Below are positions 47,875-61,920 of a stretch of 64,000 bases of DNA, one piece after another (positions within the stretch are counted from its first letter, which is position 1; every line of letters starts with the position of its first letter). Origin of the DNA: Laetmonice hystrix (lineage: Eukaryota); contig OZ249445.1 in the NCBI GenBank assembly GCA_965235115.1, positions 8,680,001 to 8,744,000 of the forward strand, in the 5' to 3' direction. The notes below the pieces were generated by a model, which saw only the letters and a list, made by a program, of their open reading frames with translations, did no database searches and was not told where the DNA came from. Both the position numbers and the translations under genes were made by a program.

Positions 47875-50800
47875 AGGTGGCTTTAGAGGAGCGACTCAGC
47901 GAATAATATGTACGTACATCTGTGTGCATGCGTGCATGTATTCATGCATGCGTGAATGCATGCTTGTATGTATGCATGATGTCAGCCCGGGCGCACACGC
48001 ACACTAACTATAGGTCTACATACAGCTAGTCCTACACAGGTGCAAACATAACGTACAGACAGAGTATCCCATCATATAGACATTTACCTTTTAAAGGGAA
48101 GAAATGTGCAAAGAGTGATGTCATCTAATGAACGTGTGAATATGTGAGAGGTTATTGAGAACTAAGCCGATCTCCAATTTGAGGCGACGTCAGCTGCCAT
48201 AAAATGGCGGGAAACTTAGCGCCTTACAGGCGGGCCGTCACTGGCCGCGCATGTCGATTGGCGCGGGTATGACGTGAACTCAACATTTCCCTTCTCATGA
48301 CGTATACAAGTTCACATGATTTCACCGTACACACACGAGGGTAGTTGGTCATATATTGCAAGGTTCTATTTTTGTAATTGGAGAGAGAATATCAACGTTT
48401 ATCAGCCGTCAGGATTAACGTCTGTCTAACAGACTCCGTGCAGGCGGTCCCGGCATTTACTAGGTCCGGTCCATACATATAGGAGGTTTGGCTGACCGAC
48501 ACTTTTAGGTGTTTATATCATTTAGGTGACGGCTTTCATTCACACTATCGCAGTGTTGTAAATGCCAAACCTTTCCAAGTCGCTGATATCAGTGTTTTTA
48601 ATAATGACACGAAAGATATGATAATAGACACAAAGTTATCATTTCCTAGAATCTATCCAATGTTATTAAAAAATGAAGTGATACGCACCAGAACATCTGT
48701 GCAATTAAGACTATTAATTGTAAAAGCCTCCTTGTTTTCCTCTTTGGTTGTGCCATATGGATTGTTTCAATATTTCAGGTTTTTCTCTGATAAAATTATT
48801 CGGTCATTGTCTGTGTGATACGTATATACGTGTGTGTATATACAAGTGTATATACATGTATATTTGTAAAGTTGACTGTTAGATAGCCGTACCATTGCGT
48901 GACACAAATCTAGCAGTCAGGTTGCAGTGCACTGGTCACTATTGTGAAGGATTTGTATGACTATAGGATATGACCTTGAGGAGACCCCGCGACTCTCCAC
49001 CTTCTCCACCGGTGAGCTCCACATGGTAGATAGTTCTCAGCCGGAAGTCGGACCCAGCCCATGCGTATTGTCCACTTCCGGTTTGTGGATCAGGTGGACC
49101 ATAGAAGCCTTTCAGTGAGAGCTGAACGGAGAGCTGTCGCTTTCAGCATACATTCCTCCAAATGTCCCTCCACAGTCTTTTCATGAGAAGAAAACTTTGT
49201 GAAAACCTATGATATGTGTATATATCATATCAAAACTAGTAGGTACTATTATAATGTATGCCTCTATAAGTAAGGTGTGTGTCAAGAGATGATCTCTTAT
49301 TTCAGTTCCACGATGTATCCTAAAACATTTAACAGAAACTATACCAGGTCTTGCCTTTACAATCGCAACGTCAGGTGCACAATACTCTTCGTAGTGTTTA
49401 CACTGAATACTCGGTATATCTTGGTGTTACCATTTTAGGGTTTGTAACCATCCCAACATCTGTGATAGAGAAAGCCACTCTGTAGATGTATACCGATGTT
49501 AAAATCCTCTTAAAAGACCAGAAGCCAGAAATGAGTTTTACCTTTTTCTACTAATCGAATTCCTAGATCCTACCCGTTAGGGTTTTTCTAGTAGTCAGAC
49601 ATCGGCAGCGTAGATCTATACATAGAAATCATTGGTGCATATATAAGGGCTTATAAAGACCAAAAATATCATACATATGGCTGGCTGTCCAACTGAAATT
49701 ATAAGACTATTATGTGATGTAGTTAGATTATGGTGAATTTAAGCAAAGAGTGGGTTTCCTTCAGTCAACAGACACTGAATGTGTCACCGTTCCACACGCC
49801 TACTTTCTCCAGGATTAGTCAGATTTCAGAACCGATTTGGATCATGTACATGTACCTGAAGACTTCTTGACCGTTTAGAGGAAGTGGACTTCATACATGT
49901 ACGCCCCGTTTCAATATGGCAAGGTTAAGTCCCTGTAGCAGACAGTCAGTCCCCCAAGCGGCCTTCCGGTGCGTGTGTCCCGAATAATAGCCGTATCGGA
50001 GGAATAATGTGGAGGAGGTACGGCTGACATAACCAGCACTGCCCGCCCGGCAAAATATACCCTCCACATTGACGCCGAGGCGCATGCTGGGGGCCCGTCT
50101 GGGACGGCGAGACGGACTGGCCTTGCACAAATAACATGGTCCACCCCTACGGTGCAACATCCGTGCCAACTGAGCAAAAAACTAACAGATAACTTATCTA
50201 ACTTCAAACACATTCAGCTCAGACTGTGAGAATCAGCCGCCGCACAGGGGAAGCCACCAACTTCAATTTTTATCCATGCTGCCTTGCAAGTGAGTTTAAC
50301 TCATTATAATGGAACAAAAGAAAAAGAACTCGGGATGTGATAGTGAGAAGGGGGTGCAACCATATTTCAAACAATATAATTGTGAGATCTATTTAAGGCT
50401 TCCTCTTTGGGATGCTTATTTTGTCAGATGACAGAACATTGGTTCCTATGCTCTCCTCCTGTACTTAACTGTTTGGCAGACCTGGCAGATGTGTGTCGCT
50501 ATTTTAAACTAATTGTTACCACAAAATGAATACACGTGCTCGATATAAAACAACTTTGTAATGCATTTCCCTAATAATGTACGACTGCTAAGTGTTCTAC
50601 ACTCTAATGATCGTTACAAAGCCGCATAATTATGGTTGCCGTTTATGATGAATACGTCGAGCATGTTATTGTTATCACTGTCGTGCGTGTCAATCTGTGG
50701 GCATGCGCACCAATGATATGCGTCTTGTATAGTATACAAGTATTTTCTGGTGTTGATCTATATACAATTGCAGCCACAGATGGAACTCTTAGTAGCGTCC

Positions 50801-52494
50801 AGCAGTGTCTTTGTCTGAACTTGTCATCTTCCAGGGGAGTCGTAGACTCCCATCGTTGACGTACATCCATTTATGTGTATAAGATGTGTACATGATCATG
50901 AATGTTAACATGAAAAAAGGTGATGGACTCCGCCTACCCACAGTGCATTTCACCATGTTACCGTCTCTCCAATCAGTGGCAAGCAAGGTTAACAATATGT
51001 GACTGTCGACATCAACATGTGAGAAATAATGAAATATCGGACGATAAAATTATACTTTTCTACCCGACTCAAGTTTGATTTTATACAACTCCGACTGATG
51101 CCTTCTCGATGGACTATAAAACTACGTCAAAATGCATCTATGAGTGTGACGTACAAGAAGAATCTAGCTTGTTTGTGACAGCTATACACTGATTGGCTTT
51201 GAAGGAGAGAAGAAATACAACAAACGGAACTAAATGGTGTGCAGCTGTTATCATAGACGAGCAGTGAACGTTTTATACTTTGATGTGTACAGTTGTATAT
51301 TTGTATAGTGAGTTAGTTCGCATTTTCCACTGGCCTCACCTATACACTTCAGGCTAGTCAGGTAAATGAAGTCACCATAGTAACCACTTGTTTGTTCATC
51401 GCAACCAACAGCTGCCGCATCTAAACAACGGAACACACGCAAAAAAAGACTCGTCATATATTCATATAGACAATCGATGATGCACTGCCACAACATTAAG
51501 TCTCTGTATACAACTTTCAATTTCGAACTAACAGATCGGTATGTACATGTATGCGTGCGAAAGTTAAACAAAAAAAGGCGTTTTGCGAAGATTCCTGAAA
51601 TCTAAATTTGTCATTGTCAGGTGAAGTGTTGGGTTAACAAGCGTGCACTCACTGAGTGGAATCATGGCATGATCTGATGACATCAGGGGATTATGTGAAG
51701 TCAGCTGATCTATTCCTATATTCAAACATCATTGTGATACAAGTACAAGTTGTGATGAGCTTACGTATCCCCGAAACAGGCCTTGAATTGAGTGTACTTG
51801 ATGGATGTGTGACCGTGTCAATGCATGGAAGAAGTTGGTGTCGCCTTTGTATGCATCCGAACTGCAAATGGCAACGTAGGATGGATTTGTGCGAGCTTAC
51901 CAGTAACGCTGCATACGCCTCTTTACTATAATTTCGCTTGGTGACGCTGTAAGTGCCCTCCATTCTCCTAAGAAGTCTGACAACAAAAATTCCTGTGCAT
52001 TTGATGAATGTCAGACAGTCTGCTGCTTCCAAGATACCCGGAAACATAATATTTGTAAACGTGCATAAATACTTGCGGAATGCAAGTCCTTTGTTTATTC
52101 AAAATAACTTCACGCATGAAAGCGGTGTTGTTTGGCCGACTGGGTTACTAGCAGATGGCTATGAAAATACACGAATTTTGATATACACTTATTCTCCAGA
52201 GTTGAAATGGCTGTCTTCAAATAAGCTTAGTATTTTAAAGAATATTATAGATAAAAGCATTCTTAACTGCTTTGGTTGAGGTCTGCCTAGTGGTTGAGTA
52301 ACTCCGTAAGCCTGGGATGTATATGGAAACGGTGGAAGGGTGGGCGGTTACTGGAGAGGTGGTTCTCAAGCAGCATACAGGAGATTTAGCATCCACTGTC
52401 TCCAAGCAGAGAGGATATGTGAGGCGACTTTGATGGTGGTGGTATCGGCCTTCTAATACACTGACCCTCTCCACTGGGGACTGTCAATGTAAGA

Positions 52495-52550
52495 AAGGTC
52501 AGTCCAAGATAGTCAGGAACGTAAGGTCAGTCCAAGATAGTCGGGAACGT
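52495..52550. repeat. 28-bp tandem duplication
   Basis: AAGGTCAGTCCAAGATAGTC(A/G)GGAACGT twice, 1 mismatch. Confidence 0.9.
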
Positions 52551-55500
52551 CCTTCATCGGACAGTACCTGGAGGAAACATGTTACTACTTGCTATACTAA
52601 CATAGATCATCTTGAATGTGACAGACAGTCCCTCTTTCCTCTCGTGTCGAACTGTGTTGTAAACCCATCCCTCTATGCCGAATACGTCGGAAAGCTGCAT
52701 TGTACCTGAAGTCCTGGTTTTCAGGGGGAAACTTTGCACACAATGCTCATCGAGACGTGAATTCTGTGCATATGCATGTAATATTGGGTTTGCGCTTCAT
52801 GCTTAGCCGACTGGAAATCCACCTCCTCCCCCTACCAACTCCTCCTTGCTGGATCTCCCAGCCAACCCGCTTTGTTACCGACCCTCTCTGACATTAGCAG
52901 CACGGTACAAACTGTTTGACGGCTTGCATAAATCTAGGCGTTGGGCTTATGTATACTTTGCATAGCTGCTTCCTTTGTTTTTCATTCGTTGTTACAGAGA
53001 AAAAGATAAATCATAAAAATATTGTAAAGGAGAAGGATTTGAGTAGCACTGGAGCTAGTGAGGGTGGTGGATGGGTCTGAGCAAGGACAGCGTTTACGTG
53101 AGCCATCGGTGTGTTTAACATGTGTAGTCAGCCGAAACGTTCATGGGGGCCTGCTATACCAGTCAGGTTTTCATCCTGGTTAGACATTGGACCCAACACC
53201 ACAGTCGCTTAACCAAGTGGTAGAGGACGGTTCTACCGTTATTTTGTAAGCAGCCTGCTTCGTAGGTCTGTGTGGTTAATGTTTAAACGATGGTTACGGT
53301 GCAAATCTATCGTAGTTTTTCTGTGATGCAAGGGTGGGCGTCGCACGCTCCATTGTTACAGTTGATTTAGTCGTTTGCTTCTGCCAGTTTAAAAAACGTA
53401 TTCAGAGAAAATATAGGGTCTATATTCCTTGATTTTGGGTTCTGTAGTGACGCACATGAGTTGTCGGTAGGGTCATTATTATAGCGGAGCTAGTTGAAAT
53501 GCTTCCATGGCTTTTAGGCTGATGTTCGCGAATTGCACGCCGTGCCATCTGCATCTTCCATAGCGGTGAAGACACAAACAACTTTTCCCGCGCCAAAACA
53601 ACTGACAATGTCAACATGGTTAGTGGGTGGCTCGTCACTCGAGTTGTTTTCGAAAGGAGACTTTGTAAAAGCACGATCCGATATCCACATTCACTGTGTA
53701 TACCGTTAGGGATTCCTGCATAAATTCCTGTGCAATATTCCTAAGAGTAAACACCATAGTGTGGTGGTCGTCTGCATACGGAATTTGTCAGGACGACGTT
53801 TTCTTACATGAGAGATAGTGTCGTTGTCGGATGGTTGTTGTGATTTCACCACCCAAATCGTCTGCTTTCTTTCACATTATCTAGAGGATTGTATATCAAA
53901 GTGGCATCATCACATGGAAACCGGCATTTTCATGTCAAACACTTAACGAGGACACACGAAAGTTATCCTGCGTCACAAAAAAAGTTGTAATGTAAGCGGC
54001 CAACTCAAGCATCGGATTTCTCTGTCTCCTTGACTAGAAACTTGCACGTTATTATTATTAAGACGACATACCACGTGCTTCGTAATTTCAGTTCCATCCG
54101 TATTGTAGTGGTGCCTGATCTGTTCAGAATCCTTGGAGGACGAGGCATAGCTGGGGGAGGGGCGCTTTTCTAACCATAACGTTGGTCAAGAGCAACCTTA
54201 CCGCCTTTGGCGCGAGCTAACAATTTGCATGTCGTTGTGTGTAGTCGGTTGCCGTTTGACGTATGCAGGGAATAACTGCCGTGCACGATAAACAGTGTAT
54301 GTAATGCATCAGAGATTATCATTATTACTACTATTACAATGATGATATATGATAAACTGAAGATATGTATGTTTGTGCTGTAAAAAAAGGAAAAAAGAAA
54401 AAAGACAAGAACGTTCACCAAAGAAACAGACAGTTATGTTGACAATATATCTATATCATGGCACCGTCATTCGTGGAATTGCACAGATAACCCCAACTCC
54501 TTATATACGTTGAGGGAAACATACGCCCAGTAGAACTGGCTCCGGTAATACATTCCACAATGTGTAAATTTATAATTTATTTATTTGTTATTTATTCAAC
54601 TTCGAACAAATGGACCAAGTGCTGTTTTAAGTGCTTTGGCACGGGCCAGACCAGCTTGGGGACATTTGGGTCGCCGTAGGAACTTGTTTGTGTAAATGGT
54701 ATATATACATACAGTCAATTAATTCATTTCACCACGTGTTTGATTTCACATGTTATCATGATGACGGATTACATGGAGATACCTTTGTTCTTGATTACTC
54801 TACTTGTAATGCAAAGACAAGCCAAGCTTGTAGGTTCATGAGAAGAATAAAATCTCCGACTGTTTGTGGCAAGTTTGTGTTTGTGTTCTCTGTGTGAATG
54901 TCACTTTCTTTTAACAAAATGATGGCGATGATGATGGTGTAAATATAAGCACCCATCATAAAGGTATAATAAGGTCTGCAGTTCAGTGATGTAAATATTA
55001 CATTATTTTTATAAAAATATCTACAGTACTATTATAGCCTTTAAAGGTTATAACATAATAGACATGCAGTCAGGGTACCATGATGTCAAAATTTCCCAAT
55101 ATCTGTTTAAATCCTAGAGAAGCTGACAGATTTGTAGTAATAGAATTATATTGAGCAATCTGTAGACGCAATTTTCATCTTTGAGATTTGGACTGTGGGC
55201 TGAAGCCGCCTCCCACCTGTCGGCCGGGGAGGGGGGCGACCCGGTTAGTACACACGTTTGACGCGCTGCATTAAGTCTTGCCGCCATGTTGCTCGGTAAA
55301 AGCGTCCATGTTTATTATAGCCGACATTTACACAGCGTGTTCCACCCAACCTCTGCCTCCCTCCGCCCCTTCCTGCCCATCTACTTGTAATAACTGAACG
55401 GAACACCTGTCCATGGACGTTTCCTTCCAAGGTCACGTCAAGGGTCAGAGAACAAAGGTTACGTCATTGACTTACTTCCCTCCACGTATAGAGGCTGACG

Positions 55501-58500
55501 TCCAAATAGACCATTACATGTATGGCTCAGGTACAGAACCGAGTCGGCGCCTATTTCAACCGCAGGCATGTACACATACAGTACATGCAGAAGTGCCCCA
55601 AAATAACAGATTTATTTCAAAGTCTTATCCCTGATGACCTCAGCCAGCAGTTATTGCACGAAACTATAAAATAGGAGGTACGAAGGTTGGAAAAGTACGC
55701 ATGTTTTCGATGGACAAGGAATGCCTGATTCTATAACCACTGGTAATTGGTCCAGTCCCAGGCAAGGATTCGGACTTTGTTTTCTGCCGCCCTTATCACA
55801 GTCTGGCTGACGTTGTTACAGAATGACACAATTTTCTTATTTTTCCATATGTAGATAACTCATAAATATATCAGCATTACATTGATATGATATAGTTTAA
55901 AACTATAAAAAGTACCCCCATGTATAGTTTAGTGTATATTAAGATAGTGTAATGTATATTGGGGCCAGCCCGAGCTTACACAAACATTTATAACTGTGTG
56001 TGACTGACATTGATTTGTGTTTCGGACTCTAAAGTTGTTTGCCTGTCGCCAAGAGAGCCTAATGATACGTTAATTTAGAGACCCGTGGTAATTCTTACAT
56101 TACCTCCTTTATAATACACCAAACTTTGACCTGTGCTATTCATGTTGTCTCTGCACATATTGGAAGCATTGTAAAAACTATGTCTCGGCTGCCATCGGAG
56201 ATAAACAACAGTGCATGTGCTGACGATTACCTTGTTCTACGTGCATCTAGTGTTGTTGATCCATATGACAGCCATGTGTTAGGGCATGGTGACGTAATGC
56301 CATCATGTACTGAACCTCTGCATCAAACCAGTTGGGATATGACCTCAACTTAAATGTTAAATGTAATAATAGCGTAGCGTGTAATCAGAGAGCCTATAAA
56401 GTCCCTAATTTTAAGGCCTTCCTTATAGGGGCAGCGGTGACGTAGTTGGTTTGGGTGCGATACCGAAAGCTACTGGGCCGCTTCACAAATTTTTGCCTTG
56501 GAATATTCTAAAACTGAATTAGGCCGCATGACGCGTGCCTGGTCGAGATAGCGTCCTTATATCTACCCTTGATAAAAAAAAACATACAGAGACACATAAT
56601 ATATGCACGTCTACATACAAAAGGCCCACGTACACACACACGTGTGTATGTACACCCACCCCGACGTGCACACATAGCAAGGGGGCAGACCCCCCCCCCC
56701 CCCCGACCTCCGTGGTGGCCGCCGACGCTGCCGCCACCCACCCGGGCCCACATCGTCACGACCCGAGGCCCTGCCAGGTCACATCAACCCACGTACTCGA
56801 GATGCTATTTGGCAATCATCAGATCAAATTATTCATCCAGGGAAACTTGGAGCACGTGACTAGGCCTACTGGCCGTCCTTGAACTTACTCGCCTGGTACA
56901 CCATTATCGCAACCTGCTCAGTTTCAGTAAAGTGAAAAAAAATACAGGCAAGGTTCAGCAAGTGCAGCAAGTAAAAGCCAACCAGACACCGGGTATCGGG
57001 AGGATTGGAGGTCCCTGACATTGCTCACTTGCGAGTCCTGTTTAACTTCGCAAACTGTTTCTTCTTATCCAGTATCAGCGCGCCGCTGCTGCTGCCCATG
57101 GGTAGGGTATATAAAAAATAAGGAGAATGGCAGCAGTTCTGTAAAAAACAAACCTTAAGGCCGAAATTCTTTCATGGACGAATGTGGATACTGCTTCCTG
57201 GAAGGAGACGGTTCCTGGTTACATGGCTCCCGCTAACTCCCAAATCAAAGTGTACATGTAGTTCAGATAAGACCTTAATGAAAATTGGTTAGCGTCCCAA
57301 CTCGACTACTACCAAAAATTCTCCTGTCCCAAATTTTGTTTAAGATTATTTTCATATTTATATTTAAAGCGCCTAGCTATACGAGGATCTCTTCAATGTT
57401 GGATGATCTGAGAACTGATGACTTCGATTGGTGAGATTACATGTACAAAACATGTATTTTGTCCTGCTCTCCGAACCATTGTTTTGATAGATGCACTATG
57501 TAGCCCCTACTTATAAAAAAAAGTGCGTTGTTTTAAAGTGAGAATTTGCTCGGTTATCGCTGGGAGGCCGAGAAATGCGTTGCAGACACTGGAGCTCGGT
57601 TTCCATGGCGGATGAGTTAATGCGTCTGTGAGGTCTGGGAAGGCACACTCGGTGTCGATCTGTGAGGGAATAAACCCGACACCACAAGTCGACCTCGCTG
57701 CACCTGGATCTTCCCCATCCTCATATCATGTTGAACATGGACGGTGTTATAGCATGGAGGGGCCACTTGCACACGACTGGCGATATTCACAGCGCTTGAG
57801 GCGGCCGTGACGCCAGCACGTGCACACCAAGTACTTGAGTTGAAAAACAAATCTCTCCGCCACAGCAGCCTCCGTGCGGAATCCTCCAGCCGACCCCTGG
57901 CTCCCTCTATCGCCGCTAAACGAAAACGCAGCCCGCATTATGACGTATTTTGACGTGCAGGTTAAACGCAGTCGGTTTTTGCCGTCACTACCCCCATCCC
58001 CTTCAAATCCTATACAGTGCGTGTCTATGATGATGATGTAGTCCGTGATGTTTAAGCGTTGAAGTTTCAAAAGCAACATTTAACGGAGCAGAAATGGACA
58101 AGGTTACATTTTTCATATACATGCATTATTGTCAATCGAGTGTTTGCATGTTTTCCGCCTACTAAACGAGTCTTATTACGTCAGTGTATAGTGTCTCCAT
58201 TGTTCGCCGATACAACGCGGACGGCTGTGTTTATATAAGTATTTTTTTCCATCTCTAGCTCCCTCTATTGCTCAGCTGACTCCATAGGTTATGCAGTCCG
58301 CTCAAGTTAATCTAAACATTTATGTGAACAGAACTTTTTCAGAGTTGCTCTACAGATATGGGGTTTGCATTGAGAGCATACACAATAATGATGAAATGGT
58401 CAATCGTAGCCTCCTTCAAATGTCGTTCCTGATGTTGCTGTAACCTTAACATTGTTCGTAATGTCCTTAACGTGTGATTTAAAGACGTGCAAGTTTCAGT

Positions 58501-60274
58501 AACGGGACTCCAGGCATCGAGGTACGGTGGGTTTAGGTGCAGACATTTGGGTAAAAAGTCGTAGGGCGCGTGGTTCTAGTAACTTGCAGAGGTCGCTCCC
58601 ATCTCTCGAACTGCTCGGGACATGTACCTATCACAAGGCCTTACTCGGCTCGCCCAGACCCAGCCATATCAGGAGGATGTTATGTTAGTTGGCTCCTCTC
58701 CCACCGGCAGCTCCATATCGACCTAAATATGACCAGACCTATTCTGATGGTATCAAATGAACTGCTATCGCTCTACTTCAGCTCAGACCGCTCTATTTAT
58801 ATGTACCAGAAAAGGCGATAGCAGTGATATCTACACATTACCAGCGAAACTTGATATTCAAGGCCGAACACAAGAGGTCGGTGCAATGTCTTCCTGGTCG
58901 AGATATAGGCGTCCGTTCAAGTACGTGTACCATGATGTATGAACAACCGTTACGCTGGGTTACTTCGAGAGCTTCTCAACCCTGCTCGATCATACCATGT
59001 TTAGTTCTATGGGACGATTTATTGATTCTCTGACCGGAAGGAGATGGTATCCATAACTGTCAGAGACAATTGGCAAATAATAAATAGACCTATACACTTG
59101 GTGGAATATCAGCTTCTGCAATCACACTTGGTGATGACTTTGATGACTGATATGCCTCCTGTCGTCGACTTACAATGTCCACGTCTTTCAGTTTCGTTCT
59201 GCAGGGATGTCGCAACCGGTCTGGCCAGTTTGGCCACGACCAGACCAATCTTTGTCCAGTTGATATACAATGTAATGACTCTGCACCTCAAATCTTTGGA
59301 GTTGGATATTGTGATGTTTCTCTGCATGATCCCTGCTTGATTTGTTATCATTTTTACCATTCTTGAAATGGAAGCACCACTCCTGCCTCAGAGCACATCT
59401 ATAAACACTAATTTACAGGATCCGCCCCAGCCCGAGCCCCACCCCACACAAACTGGCCGAACCGAAATATTATCGTCCTGGTGACAACTGATCAGCTCGC
59501 CAGAGGGCTATCCATTAATATGGGAGAACCAATGTGAGCTGTACTCGTATCACAAGCTGTTCTTGTTGCAATCCCCCATTGCTCCCGAGCCAACAGTCAT
59601 CATATACCCGGCTAGGTTTAAATATTTCAAGGTTCTGCAGCCGTCCAACATTTTTAATCTAATGTGCCCTATACAACCGCCACCAATCAGCTGAGGATTG
59701 GCTTCGCACTCAGTGACCCTTGTTCCATGTTGACCCGCCCATAAAGGGCGCGTATGTGCCGATCTCGACCCGGCTGCCTGCCCACATATCATGGCCATAG
59801 GGATCGATGGAGGCAGGGGGACGCGCCGTCCGAGTGGTACGGAGCCTGAAATCGGCTGAAATGTTGACTGGGGTCGCGTTGTTTGTAAACAGGCGGGTAC
59901 AGGAGGTAGGGTGATAGGCCAGTCCATGGTCGTTAATTAACTAGAGCAGTGCTACCAACCGCCAGCAACATTTTCCTATGTGGTCGCTCGGTGCGATGGG
60001 GTAATCTGGGATTTCACGGATCGAGGTTGGCTCATACCATGGGGAAAGCACGCTTGACGTCGGAAGGAATTCTTTGAAGTTCACGACAGGACCTGTTATA
60101 TTGTCTGAACATAATTTATGGCATGTCGATATCTTATTTGCGTTTTTAGTATCGATAATATCAGTGGTTGTTTAATCAATATAATGATATTATCTTATTT
60201 CGTGCCGGCGGGGTCATTTATTCTTCCCAGAAATGACCTCATCGGTCCGCAAAATCAGATCATGGCTTGACTTG

Positions 60275-60408
60275 NNNNNNNNNNNNNNNNNNNNNNNNNN
60301 NNNNNNNNNNNNNNNNNNNNNNNNNNNNNNNNNNNNNNNNNNNNNNNNNNNNNNNNNNNNNNNNNNNNNNNNNNNNNNNNNNNNNNNNNNNNNNNNNNNN
60401 NNNNNNNN
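60275..60408. other. Assembly gap (134 N)
   Basis: Run of N. Confidence 1.
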
Positions 60409-61857
60409 CAACCTATTGAAACGACCGAGCTCAATACATCACGTGAGTTCACTCAGGATGTGTTCCTTGCGACAAGCGCGTGTACATTTCTGGGACGCGG
60501 ACGTGCGTCATTTCCGGTGGTGACCAGTTAGTTTGAGCGGTTTGAGGTTTTATGGTGACCGCCGTACACAGGAGGGCGTTTACCGTAACATTCTAAGGTA
60601 ACACACGTTCGTAGAAATGGTCACGCCGTCCATATTGTCACCATGCTCTTTAATTACCCCCTGACCAGGAGCTGCGAGTCGTTACTGCGAGCCGGTTTTT
60701 TACCCCTTCCATAGGCCGTTTAAAGTTTGGCTTTGTCAAGTGTCAGTTGTTCAGTTGTTATGTTTAGACTAACTGCACCCAGAACCGATATTTCCTCCTT
60801 CATGAAGTTGCAATAACTGGTACATTCGGTTTGATGATATCTAGATAATATTGTGGTTGCCCACAGGACCTTTTTTATACACTTGTCAATTATCAAAATT
60901 CGTTAATTGAGGCTAGCCTACTTTTGGTGTTTGCTTGCGGTGCATTGCGAGGAAGGTCTGGTATAGCTCGCAATTTGCTTTTGTAACAGTATTTTATCCC
61001 GACCACAGCTCATCTGGCGTAGTTGTGGTATTGTGACTTCTGTTCCACTTTTCACGTTGTATATCCGGCGTGACTTCAGAGGTTGTTTGAATTGCAATCG
61101 GACGGTATAACGACTGCTAAGATTGCACGATGGGTAGTGTATGCATGAGTGTGCTCTTTGGTTCTTGCACGTCCAATACGCACAGGTACATGTACATGGA
61201 TCCTATGCATCACATCTGATATTTGCAGAAAGTTATGGAGCCGTTTGCTAATAAGTTCCCGTTTCTCTTGGCCTTTTTTCACACACTGAATGTCCTTCCA
61301 TTGATCTCTGCTGAAGAGCCGTAATTTATGGATCAATACCTGATGAGCCCTTTTTTTCAATTTCAGACCTGATAAGCACTATTTTCGATTTTCGACTTCA
61401 GATTTGTGAGGGAAACCCCCCTTCAATTTTAGGTGTGGCAGTCTCTCACGAATAAAGGCAAGAAAACGTGACTGAATGGTGCCGTTAAACTGTCATTCGT
61501 TTCCTTCCCTGTTACCGGTTCGGTGTTTATAAATAGAGAGCTCCTGATAACGTCAAGGACGTAGTACGGTGTTTGACTGAGCCGCATGCGTGGGGGTAGT
61601 AGAGTCAGACGGTCCCAAGTGTTGGTCTGGGTCCATGACGTCGGGCCGACAACATGTCCTGCGGTCCCACTCACTCACATCAGGGCGCCAAAACCCGAGT
61701 CATGCACAGATACTATCAGCCTTGGCCGACTGCTGATAATGGTCTCGTTCAGAGCCAGACCAAGAAAAGCTGATGGCGGATGCACGCGGGAAGGAGAGGG
61801 GAATGCATGGTTAGCTACCGTTAGGAGTATTGTCCCCCGTGTTAAAGTGGATATCAG

Positions 61858-61920
61858 GGCCCGGTTCCTAAAATCTTGAGATCTTACTTAAGTTCAGGCT
61901 TAACGCTTCGGATTGGCTGG
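61858..61920. mobile_element. Half copy (left arm only) of MITE family B
   Basis: CAG followed by GGCCCGGTTCCTAAAATCTTGAGATCTTACTTAAGTTCAGGCTTAACGCTTCGGATTGGCTGG matches the 12475 arm and stops at the hairpin centre. Confidence 0.75.

Noticed and set aside
51621-52474. Cys-containing short ORFs on both strands
   Set aside because: Frequent stops and no consistent zinc-finger spacing or recognisable domain.
56428-56460. SINE/tRNA-like 5' end GGGGCAGCGGTGACGTAGTTGGTT
   Set aside because: No B-box or body follows; too short to call.
59827-59847. RPSGTEP, the phosphohexomutase domain-4 signature
   Set aside because: It is followed by a stop after four codons, and the flanks lack the expected spacing and the K/R-x-Y continuation. 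Probably chance.
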